Below, one piece after another: positions 37,801 to 50,400 of a stretch of 64,000 nucleotides of DNA. The translations under genes were made by a program, and so were the position numbers. Numbering within the stretch: position 1 is the first letter of the stretch; the number at the start of each line of letters is the position of its first letter. The notes beneath the pieces are model-generated. The model made no database searches. It was not told the origin of the DNA and saw only the letters and a list, made by a program, of their open reading frames with translations. This DNA comes from Phoronis australis (Eukaryota; Animalia; Phoronida): the NCBI GenBank assembly GCA_002633005.1, contig NMRA01000001.1, positions 2,835,695 to 2,899,694 on the forward strand, given 5' to 3'.

Positions 37801-40800
37801 ACTACTGATAATCGGCTGAATTTTGATATTCCATTAGATCAAGGCAGTTTGATTTATAACAGGAACAGATACACTACTGCGCAGTCTAGATAGCTTACCT
37901 TGAATGAGAGTTCAAAATTTTCACCACCCCAAATCTGCATGCCCTCATCGTAGGCACCCAGTTCAAAGAAGTACTTTCTGTCCATAGCAAACAGACCACC
38001 TGCATGTGTTGGGGATCTAAAGAGAAAATCAAATTAAAATTTTAATGTAATACATAACTTCAAACAGTGAAACAGTGATTAGTGACATTGCTCGTCTTGC
38101 TAAATGTTACGTTCTTTATAAAATGCACTTAACTGTAATGCACAACGACACAGAGCCCGTAAAACCACAAATAATAAATACCCACCTGGAATTACACTTA
38201 ACACCATTAAAAGCAATTTTTTAAACTGACAAGAAAGACATTTTATAAGTTACGATAATTCAAACAGACTATCACCAAAGAAGGGCCGCGCAACTTTTAG
38301 TGCCTCAGAGCTATAGTATCTATCTTCCACCTAAGACAGAGACCAATCTCAGAGGAGAATTGGTCTCTGTCTTAGGTGGAAGTCTGTTTGACTCAGAGGG
38401 GAAATATGTGATAGATGATATAAACGGTGCTATAAATAATGTAAATTTTAGTGACTCTGATACATGGTGGAGAAAAGTAAATAAACTCCCCTTATTGTAC
38501 AAAAGATACAGAGGAGGCAGTGTGGCCTAGTTGATAAGTGTCCGCTTTCTTTACTCAAGGTCGTGGGTTCAAGTCCTACCAGGCACACTGCTAAACCCTT
38601 GAGCCAGGTTTCTAGCTCCTCAGCTCGGTTTTAACCATATATCAATAAAGCATAAAAATATTTCCAGGTGACCAGTGCAATGGGCCCACATGCGAGGCCT
38701 GCACACGTCAGGTACAACGTGTGTCAGACTGCCTGCAATTATTTTTTATTTATACAAAAGATACAAAATTGCATTGGTTTCAATACCGCTTAATTCACAG
38801 AATATTACCAGCTAATAATTATTTACATAAAATTAAAATAAAAACAAGTGATCTATTCTCTTTTTGTGGTGAACACAGTGAAACTTTTCTCTATCTCTTT
38901 TGGGAATGTCGTCTTGTCTCCGGTTTCTGGCTCCTGTTTGCTGAGTGGTTAAAACAAACATATCATGTAAATTTTCATGTGGACAAGATAGCAGTGTTTT
39001 TTGGGAAACATTCAGTTGGAAAATTGTAATATTAATCTGTTGATCATGTAAGCAAAAAATTACATATTTAGCCAAAAGTTTGTTAAAAAACCTTAATTTC
39101 CAATTGTTCATCAACTTTATTAAATTACATCCTGAAGGAAATACGGTAATTGTTGACTAATGATTTAATGTTATTCTTTGTAAACGATGTATAATGTATT
39201 GTTTTATGTGACATGTAATTATCGTGCTGGAGCAAAATAAAAATATAAAAAAATCTCAGAGGGTAAAGGTGTTACCGTGTAGAACTGATGCATTACTCTT
39301 CCATAAGTCTTGAGAGCAATAACCCATCAAGACACAGAAGCAGGGACCTGACTTCAAAAATGGAAATATGTATCCAATGAAGGGAAATTACCTTCTCCAT
39401 TTGCCACCAATGCCGCAAATATTCAAACACAAAATCAAACATTGAGGACCCGGATGTAAAGCTATACTACGCCACACCTGTGTACCCATTGTTTCAACCA
39501 CTTGATCACTGAGCATCCAAACAATTTTGTTTCTAATTATACACACGGTCACTATGACAACATTACATACTTAGAGCCAAGGTGTCGATTGTCATTCTTT
39601 GGTTACTGTGATGAAAAAAGACTGAACACCTACTTGTAAGGCTCGCTGGGGTGCTGGTGTTTCTTTAACTCTCTGTCTGGCACAACTGACTCCTTGTAGA
39701 GAAAGCCCCACTCAAAGATACCTCGGTGATGCTGAGCGCCATACACTGGAGAGTAGCGCATAGTGTTCCAGTCAATGCCATCAATGGTCGGCACGGCCAT
39801 GATAGTCCTGACGTAAATAAATGATACACGAATTGGGTGAAGACGTTGTCTATGCCTAGTATAACAGTTGTATCTTCAGTCATTAGTTCTGGATTTACTA
39901 GTACAGGGCTATAACAACACTGAGCTTACACACTAAATTTGACAGCTTAATAAAACTCTTGTTTAAAGTCTTGTGTATATCATAATGTTACATTCGATGC
40001 TTTGCAAACCAAAGCGGAAAAAATACAATCATGGTATTCCATACTGTGCTTGGTGAAAAATTACGCAACAAGTTACAATTGACGTATGGGTTGCTTACCA
40101 GGGTGCATCCCCTGAAATACCAGAAATTTTGGAAAGAGAACTTTCGAGAAAATTTTGCAGACAAGCTGTCAAGCATTTTTAAATCTGAAACTGACTTACA
40201 GAAAGAAGCCAGGCCTCAAAATACTGGGCAGCCTGTCTACAGGATCCGTAAAAGAGCTCAAAGAAAATCTGATACTATATTTTCAAGAATTTCCCAGCAA
40301 TTTTGTTATTAACATTTCGAGGCCATAAGCAAATAACGGGTGTCAAAAACTCTGCCCATTTAATAAAGTGTCCTAGTTCACAAACAAGCAAAAAACAAAA
40401 TTTAACATAAACCACCGATTTCTTGTCATTGTGTTTCAACCAGATAGTCATGTAGCCTGGCATCTTCCCATAATTGCTTCAATTTTTAAACCATGAATTA
40501 ATGGAAGAGAAATCTGGGCTAAAATTTGCAACTCTCCTGAGAATACTGAGCCGTCTGACAAAAGTGATGTGTTGCACCCACCTATCATATCTTATCCTGG
40601 CCAACAGAGGTACAAGCCAGTTCTTGTTGCCTTCACAGTGTGCGTCCAGGAAGACAATGACATCACCCGTGGAGTACCTGGCACCTGCCGTCCGTGTCTG
40701 AATCAGCCCAAGACGCTCCTTATTTCTGTAAAGCTTCACCAGCCCTTCCTTAAAGTTATCCTTCAAGTATTTCTCAAGTTTTTCTCCAAGATGAGCTGTC

Positions 40801-43800
40801 GAGGAAAGAAGTGAAAAATGACATGCGCACAACATTACTTAATTGTGACAGGAGTTATCCATCTCACACTATTCTAGACTCCTTTGAGAAAATGAAAGTA
40901 AAGTAGATACAATACTACACAAAACCCTGTTCGAGTGATTACACCCTAAACTGGGTTTGTCGCATACTATTGCATAATTAATACATCTCATGAAGTGTAA
41001 GTGCAATTCGTAATCAGCCTTAGACTTATCATATGGGATGTACCACAATCTTGCAAAGTATAAGTAGCATTACTTTAGAAACTGACTTCAGGGCCATATG
41101 CTTGTCAACATTTTGACTAACGGCAGAGCTGAAAGTACTAAATAAGATTGCGTTTAACATACAAAAGTAACTAGTCAACGTTGTTGAAATAGAAAAACCC
41201 TCGGTGATGATTGCTTCTGGTATGGACACGTCTGACAAAGTGATCAACGCCCCTAACATTTACCTCTGACAAAGTGATCAATGCCCCTAACATTTACCTC
41301 TGACAAAGTGATCAACGCCCCTAACATTTACCTTTCTCACGAAAAGTGTTATAAGCAAACCAGTCTTTTTCAGTAAACGAACAATTACATTTTATGTAAT
41401 CAATGTTGAGAACACCTACGTTTGTCACTGAAATCATCCACCATGACGATTTCCTTGAGGTACTGCGGCGGACTTGTATTGACGATACTGTGCACTGTCC
41501 TCACAAGAGTTGAGAAGCCCTCGTTGTGAAAGACCAGAATGACACTGGCTGTTGGCAGGTCTGTCGGGTAGTGCCAATATTTACACCTGAAGATGATAAA
41601 GGTAGATAGAATGTGTTTCTTAAGTGGCTGATCTAATGAGAGTAATCAGGGGTAACTAGATTGCATGACATTGTATCGTATACTACAGATTACCGCACAT
41701 CTAGGTACAACAAAAAGAGCAGATTTAATATTCAACAGTGATCCCTGTGTACCTTCCTTATGAGTTGCTGTCAACACATACAGTAGGTATACAAGTCTAC
41801 AGGTTTTCATAGCACCAAAGAACTTTATGAAGTATGAAAGTATGATTGTATATTGAGCATAGTATGTGAAAGTATCATGTGAATACGATAATCACTTCTG
41901 AGATACGATGTTCTGAAGTTCGTTAAAACTGGACATTTTTCCAGTCTTACAGAACATTAAAAATGCCAGAATTAATGAACTTCAAACTTTCGGTGCATTT
42001 CCAACGCTTGTGGCAAAACAGTTACAAAATGGTATCACATCCGTCCAATGAAATCAGCAGTTAATAAACGGAAGCTCAAATTGATATAAATCCTTACTCC
42101 TCAAGTCGTGTGTCTCTAACCGTTCTATCCATGGGCACTTTATCACTGGCCACCATGTTGAAGCCAAACTCATGTATCGATGCGTCCGCAGCACGCTTCT
42201 CTTCCATGGCCACCACCACCCCCTCTCCCAAATCTCCTGTGACCAACAGCAATCCCGTTATAAAATTTTTCAATAAAGAACAAAACAATACCGCCATTAT
42301 TGAATCTCTATCCTTCACAGGCTACAAATGGTATTGGTCTTTGGCCATAAAGAAGACAAGAATTTAATTAAACATAACCACGTCAACCAAGGACTAATCA
42401 TTTCTAATTAAGTGATCAGTAATTTTCAAATTCCTAACTTCTTGCTAACAAGCACTGAAATTTCATCTTGGAGATAGCCGTACCTTACAAGGTCTCCTGC
42501 CAAATTTCATTTTGTCATCCCCCTTCACACAGACAGGGCTTTTAAGCAAATGCTCAATTTGTGCCTGTCACTTTCAGCGAGTGCTGGTCTCAAAATAAGT
42601 CCAGGTATAGACCAGAACCAACTAGATGCTTTTTGGCCTAATACAAACCAAAGTAATATCAAAAGTTCGTTACCTGGTCTGTTCATGTTTGGTGGTTCGG
42701 GAGGTTCAAAATTACCCAGAACCCTTGGTTTCATCACCTGTTCTGGTCCATACTGTCTCTCTTGCTCTGTTCCTGCCTTACTACTCTCAGACAATACATT
42801 ATCCTTTTCAGGCGGAGCTACAATATTTTCCCCAGGTTTCTCCAAAATGCTCTCCACAGCGTGGCTATCCGGACGTCTCTTCTGAAAAAAAAATCCTGGT
42901 TGTTATCCCCTATATAACACAGGCATCATCACCCTGACTTAAATTAGAAGTCTTCCGAGTCACAGCATACAATACATATCAAGAAAATAAAGTGTGTTCA
43001 TAAGATACATCAAATATGTTGATGCAAAACCTAATGATGAGTACCTCATTTTTGATGTTTTGTAAATAAACCCAATGATGTGTAGTGCACCCCAACTATT
43101 GAAGATATGTACATAATTGAACACAATGATGTAGTACATCCCATCTGTTAATGATTTGTACATGAGACTAATGTGCAGTGCACCCAATCTGTTGATGTTT
43201 TGTAAATAAACCTGATGACGTAGTGTATCCTATCTTTCGATGCTTTGTACATGAAACTAATATGCAGTGCACCCCATCTGTTGATGTTTTGTACATGGAA
43301 CTAACATGCAGTGGAAACACTAGTCTTTCAAATTACAAATTGCTTATACATCTTAATGAATTTTGCATGACGCCCATCTGCAAAGTTATTGTTAGATCTA
43401 AACTGTATAAACAAAGTTCTGAAAGCATGGTATAAGATACAGAAAAGATGCTTTTGGTAAAGATGGATGTCTTTGTCTATAACAGATTGATGTGCATCCT
43501 ATATGTTGTATATACCTAGTACTCCATATAAAACACAAGCACTCTAAAAAGTCATTGAATGTCACTTTAAAAATGGAGCTGTAGTCCTCTTATCTGCATG
43601 TTTTCAAGCATTAAACTGTTTTGAACAAACCACCACAGCTCTAAATGCAAATGTACCTTAATTGCCAACCTTCATATACTTCTTTTTACAATATTCCTAC
43701 GTAATTTGCCTGTATCAAACATTGCATTTGTATGGGACGACGCTTCATCTTTATCCTCCATTAGCACAAAAATTGCCACTCTCATTTGATGGTGTATGGC

Positions 43801-46770
43801 CAAAGGGAGAGAAGGTGCCAAAAGGATGACTTAAGAGCATCTTTAAACAGGACTTTGATGGCTGACAACTCTGCTGTTAAAAGGTAAATAAAAAATATGC
43901 TTGACCCATAGTTCAAACAGGAAGTTGGCTGCAGTTACAGTTTCTTTGGAAATTCATGAGCAGAACAAAACATGCATCTTCCACAAAAAAATTTGCCATG
44001 TGATAATAAAAAATAGAATGGTCACAGGTTACAAAGCAACATTTGAATCTCACGAAATTTACCCACAATGCTGCAATATTTGCCATGCAGTTCTCTGTCG
44101 TCATTTTGGCACCATAGGAGTTTCTCACGTTACAAGTTTTTCTTGACAGTATTAATTGTATTTGACATTTTAATGTCAGCAAAGTTTCACAATCACAATG
44201 AACACACAATAAATAGTATTTGATGAAACTTGAATGAAAAGACTTCAAGGTTGACAATACCTTTGTTTCATATACAAGAAAGACCTAAAAAGTAGTCATT
44301 TGAATTCACTAAAATTTATTTTTGTTAACAGCAAATAACAACAGAGAGGTTCGCACTAATCTCTGATAGAATCAAATGAAAGGTGATTGCATTTCACTAA
44401 CTAAATAACCTACTTATCTGTTACTACGGTGAGGACCTACATTGTAAAAAATATGCCAACTCTTACCTTTAACAGCTCTTTAATGATATTGTGTGGTTTA
44501 ATAATGGTTTATCAGTCAAAGTGAATACATAACTTGTCCCAGGTCATCAAAAACCATAAACCCCATAAACCCATTAGCAACAAACCAATTGTTACACGTC
44601 AAATATTTTTCAATAGAAGGATGGAGCTATATAAGATCTTCATCATAAGTTCCATTTTACCAAAGCTTCCTAGCACAAAATACAAAAACCAACTTTTGTT
44701 GTCAGTATTTCACCACGGGTGCATTACCAGGGCCTTATAGAGATCAGGTGAGCAGGAGGAGATGCACCTTTAAATAATTGACAACATATCAGGGGCAAAC
44801 CCGAGGTGGTGACCACGGGAATCCAGAAATTGTTGCCAACTAGGGAGAGCAGTGGAAAGTGATGTGGGGAATGGGAACAGTTTGGATAAGTGGAATATCT
44901 CTGCAGTGCCACCCAAAAAAATTTTTATCTCTGAACAGGCTGATTTACCAATGTTAAGCTGATCGATAATCTATGATTATTGACTTTCATCGAGCTCAAT
45001 ATTTTGTATTTTATAAAAAAATGTAATAATTGCATTGTTCCTGCCTTGGTCATTATCAAATTTTTGGGGTCTGAAAATCAAAATATACTGAACTCGATTA
45101 GAGTGAATCATAACAAGTTGTTGACCAACTAAAATAACACAGCAAAAATAGGCCACACAACTTTCTATCATTCATTCAGGCCATCCCACACAAGAGCAGT
45201 AGAGAAAGTCTAATCAAATCTTTAATTATTAAGCTGATTCCACTCAACCCATCGTCTTCACGTAACCAATGGGACCTGAGATTTTGTTTGGTAATTGGTG
45301 ACCCGGATAAAAATCCTAGGTTACCCTATCACATCTGAACATGTACTCAAAATACTACAAGAAGCAAACAATTTTTTTAATTTGTGTGGTGATTGTCCGT
45401 TTTTTATTCTTGCTATGGCTAAAATATGATGTAACCAACACTTCAGGAGGTGAGAATGCAAGTGATATTGGGCCAAGAGGCAGGCCTTTATCCAGGCTTT
45501 CGAAAATAGGGTGTCCAAAATGGGGTTTCCAATATTCCAGGGCGTCCATGATTCCGACGCGTAACCCCCCACTCCCAGCAATCCCCCCAAACACGCAGAT
45601 TTTTTTTTACAAAAAATGCATAGACCAAGGTTTTTACATCTAAGTTTACAAAACAGCCTTCTATAGTGAGCATTTTTAGTAAAAAAACTGTGCAGACCAA
45701 GACTTTTCCAATGCTATCAACCAAGTGTGAGCATAGCAACATTGTATATACTTTGTATATACATTGTATATTTCTTCCTGCTTTGAAAAAAGAGCCACCA
45801 CTGAGAGTCTTCATAGGCTTCCTAGTAATCATTACAATGTGTGTGTCCAAACTTGAAATGTTCCTATTGATAGTGGGTGTCCAAATGATACATTGGGCAT
45901 CCTTGCCAGCAAGTCCATATTAGTGCTAGGATGTCCATATTAGTGCTAGGGCGTCCATATTAGTGCTAGGGCGTCCATATTAGTGCTAGGGCGTCCATTT
46001 GGACGCCGAGTATGTACTGCATAAAGGCCTGCCAAGAGGTGAAAATTGGCAGTCATGCATGTGTGGTGAGTCTGCAATGAGTGTGGTAGGAATATAAAGG
46101 CCTCTCTTAATCACTCGCCTACGGGCAATTGCTCCTCGCTCCACTGGTTAAGATGCCTGGCGTTGAAGCAAGAGGTACTGGGTTCGAAACTTGGGAATAG
46201 GTGACTTTTCACTACACATGCAAGACATTCCTGATTTCATGCAGGAGCTGAAATCCACTAGAAAACGCCAACCACATAATCTCTGGTATAGCATTAACCA
46301 TTTGCAGATTACGCCCGTTTTTCACTTCAAGTACCTCACTGATTTCATTTTCAGCTCTTGTCAATGAGATCTGGTAACCTAGTAAGTTCAAGGGCAGCGC
46401 ACCATAGGGGGCTAGGGGTCTATAGCCTCCCCCACCTTTTTCAGTGCTTCGCCACCCATGAAGTTTCCATGTGGCGATCTGGGAATTGTGCCAGTTCCGC
46501 AGTTGATCTTGCACCATTTTCAAACCACAGACCAGCTATCTTTCAGCAATGACAGGCCCTCAACCACTGTCTTGTTGTTACCCTGTGCAGCTGTCATACA
46601 GAACTAGAGAAAGATAAACACTTAAATACAATGAAACAACTCACATGAAGTCTTCTTGCCTTCGTTTCCTTGTCTTTAGATTCAAGTTTGGAGATAAGAA
46701 TTGGCCCCAAGAAAACCAGTAATATAATAACAACAAACACGCGGAGGAAAAATTTTGGTGTTAGACGCAT
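31886..46770 (-). CDS. GALNT7: Polypeptide N-acetylgalactosaminyltransferase 7-like (GT27 + ricin-B lectin), 12 exons, 613 aa
   Basis: Exons (5'->3' on -): 46770-46645, 42881-42674, 42236-42098, 41586-41420, 40795-40582, 39807-39634, 38016-37899, 37419-37300, 36275-36054, 34481-34383, 33032-32910, 32017-31886 (TAG); 1842 nt, phase-consistent. Type II anchor ([25 protein letters not shown]); [11 protein letters not shown]; ECKYWHYP...[10 protein letters not shown]; DxH motif VFLDAHCE; [12 protein letters not shown]; [10 protein letters not shown]; [18 protein letters not shown]; three ricin repeats (CLD/CID/CLE). CKYWHY and SPTHAGG point to the GALNT7/pgant7 clade. Confidence 0.95.
36982..37205. 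mobile_element. hAT-like MITE (224 bp)
   Basis: Perfect 13-bp TIR cagggcttggaat / attccaagccctg with a purine-rich interior. No 8-bp TSD recognisable. Confidence 0.6.
38356..39251 (+). mobile_element. 5'-truncated, decayed LINE (L1/Tx1-like ORF2 C-terminal zf-RVT region + A-rich tail), interrupted by a SINE
   Basis: WWRKVNKLP.../[52 protein letters not shown] matches the RT-associated zinc-binding region. A-rich tail at ~39234-39253. Candidate 11-bp TSD aatctcagagg at 38345-38355 and 39252-39262. Confidence 0.8.
38511..38752 (+). mobile_element. tRNA-derived SINE, copy 1 (nested in LINE)
   Basis: A box TGGCCTAGTTG, B box GGTTCAAGTCC, ATT/T-rich tail; 13-bp TSD tacaaaagataca at 38498-38510 and 38753-38765. 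About 15 differences in ~233 nt from the copy at 54286-54528. Confidence 0.9.
41231..41332. repeat. 34-bp tandem repeat x3
   Basis: tctgacaaagtgatcaacgcccctaacatttacc at 41231, 41265 (1 mismatch) and 41299. Confidence 0.95.
42990..43315. repeat. Degenerate ~43-46-bp minisatellite, ~7 copies
   Basis: Recurring gatgttttgtacatgaaactaatrtgcagtgcaccccatctgtt-like units. Confidence 0.75.
45481..46031. mobile_element. hAT-family MITE (551 bp) with 8-bp TSD
   Basis: TIR caggcctttat / ataaaggcctg; 8-bp TSD ccaagagg at 45473-45480 and 46032-46039; repeated internal ggygtcca motifs. Confidence 0.9.
45913..45998. repeat. 20-bp tandem repeat x4.3 inside the hAT MITE
   Basis: gtccatattagtgctagg(at/gc) at 45913, 45933, 45953 and 45973, plus a partial copy. 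Confidence 0.95.
46389..46460. mobile_element. ~70-bp hAT-like mini-element (family also at 56300-56440)
   Basis: caagggcagcgcaccatagggggctagggg...cagtgcttcgccacccatg, similar to two tandem copies at 56300-56440. Confidence 0.5.
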
Positions 46771-47421
46771 TGCTAAACACAGCGACTCAACAAGGTTAAG
46801 CAGGAATGTTCGACAACGACCTCAAACTGAGCAGGCCGATTTTGAGAATGCTTAAAGCTTGTTTGCAAAATTGATGTGAATGTAGTTACATCATAGACTA
46901 TGATCTATGATAACATGCAGCTTCAGTTTCAAGTCAACGACACTTCAAGCACGAGTTGACAAGAGATCGTCTGAGTGACATGTGACGGAGACGGTCCCAT
47001 TGATTTTGTCAACGTGGCCAGTCGCTGGTTTTGAACACGGTCTTAAGCTGGCTAAAAAACCGCAACGTTGACTCAGATTTGCACAAGGAGAAATTCATAG
47101 GCTACAGAAAGTCTCAGTAGACAAATTTAGGAATTATGTCCAGTAAAATGACAACTATGCGAAAAATTTGTACGTTTTCCTTAGCCTTTGGGTCAAGCAG
47201 ACCGACTTAACCTGATAACGGATGTGTAAGTGCTTACCCAAGATTTCGAATTTTATTCTTACAAAAATAAGGTCATAAACCTGGATAAGATCGCAACACA
47301 TTTATTCAAAAATGATGTTTAGGTTGTTGTTTTTTACACTTATCATGAAAAATAAATCGAAATGTTTAATTGCTAGTCACATGATCCTGTCACGTGATCT
47401 TTTATTTTCAGAGGAGAGAAG
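46771..47421. promoter_or_regulatory. Putative bidirectional promoter between GALNT7 (-) and cathepsin F (+)
   Basis: The two start codons diverge 651 bp apart; E-box motifs at 46979-46986 and 47376-47398. Confidence 0.65.
47376..47398 (+). promoter_or_regulatory. Tandem CLEAR/M-box elements (MiT/TFE binding)
   Basis: GTCACATGAT (47376-47385) and GTCACGTGAT (47389-47398), 23 bp upstream of the ATG of a lysosomal protease; the CLEAR consensus is GTCACGTGAC. Confidence 0.7.
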
Positions 47422-50400
47422 ATGGCGAAGTTTGTTTTGTTGATTGTGGCTCTAACGTTGAAATACAGCGCCAGTGCGCTTGTAGGCGGTTGGGAGCCAG
47501 CTGATCCAAAAACAGACGCTGGCCTACAGAAATTAATCCAACCAGTGGAAGAACAACTGAATCAGCGCAGCAATTCCCTTTTGTATGAGAAAATCGTCAA
47601 AGTTACTGATGCTGAAAAACAGGTTGGATGAGCTTTTCAGCCTTTTGTTTGCATTTACCTGCATTGTCATCGTTGTTGGTCAATGTTAATTGTGACCTTG
47701 CTTTGTCATGATTCTAGGCAACACGTAGTCCCTCAGCCGACAGGACATACGGCGAAGTAATTGCCTAGTCCCATTCCAAACTTGATAGATTCTCTGACTT
47801 TTGTCAACATGCGCAGCACAGTATTTAATGTCATGAAGTACTATGTCATTTTGTCATGCTTTGTGACCTTTTAATGGTGTATGTTTTCGTAAGTTCAGTG
47901 TTACTTTAAAAACATAATACTGTGTACTAGTCGCAGTTTATGTGGTGAAGATTTAAACTGCTGACCAATTGTACTTTGACCTTTCAAAGATGATCTAAGA
48001 ATAGGGTTCAAAGTTTGACATGATCAACGTGACAATGATTGTGATGATGCCCTGGGAGCTCTCGAATATATTTTTGACTTAGTGTGCTGCAGGGAAATTA
48101 GAATACCCAAGCTTTTTAAGACTTAACAAAAAAAAATACAACCTCTTTGATAGTTCAATGCACAATTCAAATGAACTTGGTAGAGGTCATTCGTTTGTAG
48201 TCTTTTTATCACGATCAAATCCTAAATAAATTATGGAACCCTTCTGTTGTGTTCTTTTGCAAAAATGGACCCTTTTGTAGACTTCCTAACCACTATAGAA
48301 GACAATTTCATAGTCAGGGAATTGGTTGGAATTGACCACATTTTGAAGGGAATCTTGCTGTGAACAAGCCATCTGCATAACGTGTCTCATACATTCCACC
48401 TTTGTAAGTATCCCTGGGTGCTGATGATAATAGTAGAACCTAGAAGACTCGTACGTTTTGTGGCCTTTATATTGTCTTCCCCATTGATTCTGTGTTCACT
48501 GTATCATTTACGTTGTTTCTCAGACCTCCTTTATTTAGTCACTTTCAATCATCTTGTTTCAGGTTGTTGAGGGGATGAGGTACAAACTCACGTACATTTC
48601 TGGTAGAACCAACTGTAACAAGAACAAGATGGAGACGGTCCAACTTGATGACTGCCAAGTTTTAGATGTAATTAGTAGTGATGGGCTGATGAGTGAAAAT
48701 AGTTAGATTATGGTCAAACATCAAGCACTCAAGTTTGATGTCCCGTACTCGATTAATCAATTGCGAAATTTACCAGAAATTGATAAATGTTCCAAAGATG
48801 TTTATAGCAACATGATGCTGACATAATTGTCAGCAAACGCGAAGAAAAACATAAAGATCAATGAGATATTCACTTTTAGAATGGTAGATCATGGATTTAC
48901 ATAGTTATAATTATAGTTTTTGTAAAATTTGAAATGTGCTATTTGAAGTATCGAAACATAATTATGACTTTATATTGTTGATTCCCACATTATTGTTCTC
49001 TGTTTCTATACTCATGACTATAATCTTTTTTGTAGTCACTTAAAATTTTTCATTAAAAAACAATGTTTACCATGTTTTATTTGTCTCACACTTCAGGAGA
49101 GAGAATGCACTGTAGTTGTGTGGACAAGACCATGGTTACATTCCTTGGTAGTGTCTCCAGAAAAGTGCGAAGACTTTCATGAGAAACGTCATGCAAGGAA
49201 CTGTGAGGTATTGTGAGATTTTCCTCTATTCAGAGATTAATGTCTGAAATATTTTGAGGTTATCATATGAAACGTCTTTACCTGGCCTGATTGTTATGTT
49301 TAGCAAATTCAGACTTGCTCAAAAATGCCAATATTATTTTCAAGGAATGTCTGATTTAGTTTTGAGATTTGTCACAGTGAAGGAGGCATCTTGTACAAAT
49401 TCACAGATTCTTAATTTTCATTTTCTGATTGAAACATTGCAGGTGCATGTCAGTTGCAGTGTTACGATTTTTTACGTTCTTTTTCCAGAAAATCAGTCCA
49501 GATCGTAAAAGCTTTGAGGCCTTCAAGGCTAATCACGGCAAGCTCTACGAATCAAGGGAAGGTGAGTGTATCTTCATTGGCAGGTAGTATAATGTGCATT
49601 TTGCTGTTGTGGACCTGTCATTGTTGAATTCTTAACCGAAGCGCTTTGGAGTTTAAAAACATTACCTCTTGGTCATCTGATCTTGAATTGTTACCAAATA
49701 AGCCGGCATTTCGAGTCACAGGCAATGCTTACATATGCCATTTTCGAATTCGCCTTTTTAGGTTGACCAGTTTGAAAATACTCTGAAGCGTTCTCTTGAG
49801 GCACTGATGGTTTTGATATTCCTGTTGATAACAGAAATAGAATCCTATCTCTTTAAGGAATATTGTTGCCCTTTAAGGGTATGCCAAACTTTCGTGTGTA
49901 AAAATTTTGAGTATTCTTTGGAAGAACATCAGTAATTCCTTGCCGTGAATAACAACTTCATTACTCTGATATTTAATTTTTTTGAGCTACCTCAAGCACA
50001 TTCGCATTGACTCCCAAATGCTCGAATCAGCAACTCACACAAAAAAACTCAACAATTCTCGGTTTGACAGCACTTTATGCAACTTCAGAACACAGTTATT
50101 GGAACATTATTTCATATGCTTTCTTAAAATGTATTGCCTCAATAAACATGTAATTGAAATGTTTTTGCAAAATAAATATTGGTGTCTTATATTTTTGTAT
50201 CGCGAAGTGTTGTGATTGAGGGACTATAAATGTAGGCATTGTATTGATAGAGTATGATTCACTCCTACAAATTAGGTTGGAAATTTTGAGGCACCATTCT
50301 TCAGTTCTTTTGTACAAGTTTAATAGTAAGTTTTTGGTGTTACAGAGGAAGAACTGCGTTATGACATCTTTCGGGAAAACATGGCCAAGGCACAAGCAAT

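Noticed and set aside
38511-38585. tRNA gene
   Set aside because: A/B boxes are present, but there is no proper cloverleaf and it continues into a shared body and tail with TSDs: it is a SINE head.
45913-45998. CRISPR-like array (also 41231-41332)
   Set aside because: Head-to-tail repeats without unique spacers, in eukaryotic introns, with no cas genes.
46110-46200. Degenerate tRNA/SINE head (ggttcgaaac B-box-like)
   Set aside because: Weak A box, and no body, tail or TSD identifiable.
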